DNA from: a virus
IMG/VR virus record: IMGVR_UViG_3300045988_183236
Location: 35,677 to 99,676 of that record
Length of the DNA: 64,000 nt
Direction: 5' to 3' (one strand)
The notes under the pieces are model-generated. The model had not been told where the DNA came from. It saw only the letters and a program-made list of their open reading frames with translations, and searched no databases. A program made the translations under genes and the position numbers. Of this stretch, positions 62,437-64,000 are shown one piece after another (position 1 is the first letter of the stretch; each line of letters starts with the position of its first letter).

Positions 62437-62991
62437 TCATATTTTGTGCGAAGACACTACCTGTTCGTTCTTCCCAAGCGGCTGAGCCTGAAGCAAGGCG
62501 CTCACATCGAAACTGGAAGCGTTATACACCGTTACGCCATGTTCCAGAGCGTATTTTACCGTATATGCTGTGCCTCCAGTATTTCTAGTACAATAGGAGA
62601 TGCAATAGGCAGAACAATCCACTAAATGCCGGTCTCTTAAAAGATATACTCCCCTGCTTGGCTCTTTCGCCGCATAGACAATCTTATCCACCTGTTTGTC
62701 TATCTTCTCTGCGTGCCGCTGCTGTTCCAAGCTCCATTTAGAACGGTATCCCTCAAATGGCAAAACCTCAATAATCCGAATCCGTGGATGCGCAGCTTTC
62801 AGGGAAACCAGCATATCTGCCATGAGGGTATCGAAGCCTAAGGAACCGCCGATGCCAAAATAGGTGACCCCCTGCTGAATGAGTGGAATGAGCCGATGCT
62901 CTACCCTGACTAATATTTTAAGCTGTTCTCCTGGCGGAATATCTTTGTGCCCGACAAAGCAGCAAGTTTGCTCTCGGTATTTATTATTCAC
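62437..62991 (-). CDS. SLOG-superfamily protein (DUF1273/YpsA-like)
   Basis: N-terminal TCCFVGHKD...GVTYFGIGGSLGFD consistent with SLOG family. Confidence 0.45.
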   Translation of the reverse strand: MNNKYREQTCCFVGHKDIPPGEQLKILVRVEHRLIPLIQQGVTYFGIGGSLGFDTLMADMLVSLKAAHPRIRIIEVLPFEGYRSKWSLEQQRHAEKIDKQVDKIVYAAKEPSRGVYLLRDRHLVDCSAYCISYCTRNTGGTAYTVKYALEHGVTVYNASSFDVSALLQAQPLGKNEQVVSSHKI

Positions 62992-63244
62992 ATTGTCCCT
63001 CCTTTGCTTCGACGAACCATTTATCTACTTCGTAGTATAGGTATGTCTTTGCTCTTCCTATCTGGCAGCTATAGCGTACCCCAACACCACCAGTCTTTGA
63101 GTATTTGCGTGGCAGAACCTCCGAGATACAGGTGATGTCAAATTTCTGGCCCGTGTCCCAGATGACCGCCTGAGGGGTCAGAATACCTTCAGGGGAGAAG
63201 TCGGCAATGACTTCCACATATTTTTTAATTCTTTGTTCTGGCAT
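62984..63244 (-). CDS. hypothetical protein
   Basis: 86 aa; 8-nt overlap with downstream gene. Confidence 0.4.
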   Translation of the reverse strand: MPEQRIKKYVEVIADFSPEGILTPQAVIWDTGQKFDITCISEVLPRKYSKTGGVGVRYSCQIGRAKTYLYYEVDKWFVEAKEGQCE

Positions 63245-63247
63245 GGA

Positions 63248-64000
63248 TTAGATACTCTCCTGCAAATACCCATGTGGGTGAATCATATGGTCTCCCTTTG
63301 CATCACAATGAGAGAGAAAGCGGTCCTTGTACATGACAGCCCTTTGTACAGAATAGTATCCGAATCGATTGCGAACGCTGTCGATAGCCGATTCGAGCTT
63401 CTCTATCTCTTCCTGCTTTTCAGCGCTATACTCAAATGATATCTGGTTTGGTTCCGTATCTGGCCGAAGGTCGATGGCTCTTACGCCGACCGAGCGGAGA
63501 TGCTCACTCCATCGGTAGTTCTTCTTATATAGCTGGTATGCTGCCTCCGCAATATCCTTTTCCTGCATCGTTGGCTGAGATAACTTAACTTGCCGTTCAA
63601 AGCTGAAAAGGCTGGAATCTCGGAGGCTCACTTCTACCCCTCGACATCGGAAATGATTCTCTCTGAGCCTTGCTGCCACGCTTTCTGAAAGCAGGTAGAG
63701 AACTATCCAGACATCTTCATCCGTGAACAAGTCTCTTGGTGTAGTCCAACTGTTGCCAATGCTTTTGATAGGTGCCTGAGCTTCTCTGCCTTCATATTTC
63801 GCTACTGCTCCCGTATCATGGCCATTTGCGAATCCCCATAGCATGGAGCCAACTTTTCCAAGCTTTTCTTTCAGAAAATTCGGATTGGCAGTCGCCAAGT
63901 CGCCGATTGTATGGACACAGTAGTTTGCCAGCTTTTTCCCCGTTCTGGACCCGACATACAAAAGGTCCGTGGCAGGCAGCGGGAACACGATATCTTTCCA
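63248..64000 (-). CDS. Y-family DNA polymerase (DinB/UmuC-like), C-terminal portion; N-terminus beyond window end
   Basis: ...YVGSRTGKKLANYCVHTIGDLA (HhH) and little-finger-like C-terminus; ORF open to window edge. Confidence 0.55.
   Translation of the reverse strand, partial: WKDIVFPLPATDLLYVGSRTGKKLANYCVHTIGDLATANPNFLKEKLGKVGSMLWGFANGHDTGAVAKYEGREAQAPIKSIGNSWTTPRDLFTDEDVWIVLYLLSESVAARLRENHFRCRGVEVSLRDSSLFSFERQVKLSQPTMQEKDIAEAAYQLYKKNYRWSEHLRSVGVRAIDLRPDTEPNQISFEYSAEKQEEIEKLESAIDSVRNRFGYYSVQRAVMYKDRFLSHCDAKGDHMIHPHGYLQESI

Noticed and set aside
1-64000. CRISPR array
   Set aside because: No series of regularly spaced direct repeats with unique spacers; the only short tandem repeats are the 11-bp iterons and CAGAAAAGTTTT boxes.

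Overview
This 64 kb window is an accessory or mobile-element-like region of a Firmicutes-type genome, about 48-50% GC with AAGGAG/GGAGG ribosome-binding sites. Roughly 70 short genes are packed almost entirely on the minus strand. Most are preceded by a copy of one stereotyped promoter (TTGCNN-N3-TGTGCGAAT-N4-TACAAT) and followed by a factor-independent terminator. I see no phage capsid, tail or terminase genes. Recognisable content is as follows. (i) An IS200/IS605-type IscB (OMEGA RNA-guided nuclease) element with its upstream omega-RNA is inserted into a gene, and a second, IscB-less copy of the omega-RNA lies 2 kb away. (ii) Eighteen minus-strand tRNA genes at 14.2-20.6 kb include at least five with non-canonical anticodon loops (C instead of the universal U33 in Asn x2, Gly, a Ser-like tRNA and an aberrant Cys-like tRNA), one tRNA-like pseudo-gene, and a Leu(CAA) tRNA lacking the long variable arm. 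A RelA/SpoT-type HD alarmone hydrolase sits beside the array. (iii) Several genes point to ADP-ribosylation or nucleotide signalling: macro domain, NADAR, a Pol-beta-type nucleotidyltransferase, and an HD protein with possible ADP-ribosyltransferase-like motifs. (iv) A five-gene minus-strand operon encodes three tandem-HTH-repeat proteins, an AAA+ ATPase and a PD-(D/E)XK-like protein; two paralogous HTH-repeat proteins lie elsewhere. (v) A flotillin, membrane protein and vWA operon is present. (vi) A possible primase/PLD-like protein overlaps the frame of a D5/P4-type NTPase. Other genes encode a UvrD-like SF1 helicase, a ParB-like nuclease-domain protein, a radical SAM enzyme, an MBL-fold lipoprotein, an ASCH protein, a SLOG/DUF1273 protein and a partial Y-family polymerase. 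A covarying hairpin motif with a conserved GCCRCGWGGAGGC core occurs four times. There are 11-bp phased GCAAG iterons, and CAGAAAAGTTTT inverted or direct repeats. No CRISPR array is present. All calls rest on reading the sequence by eye; coordinates of RNA genes and motifs may be off by a few bases.
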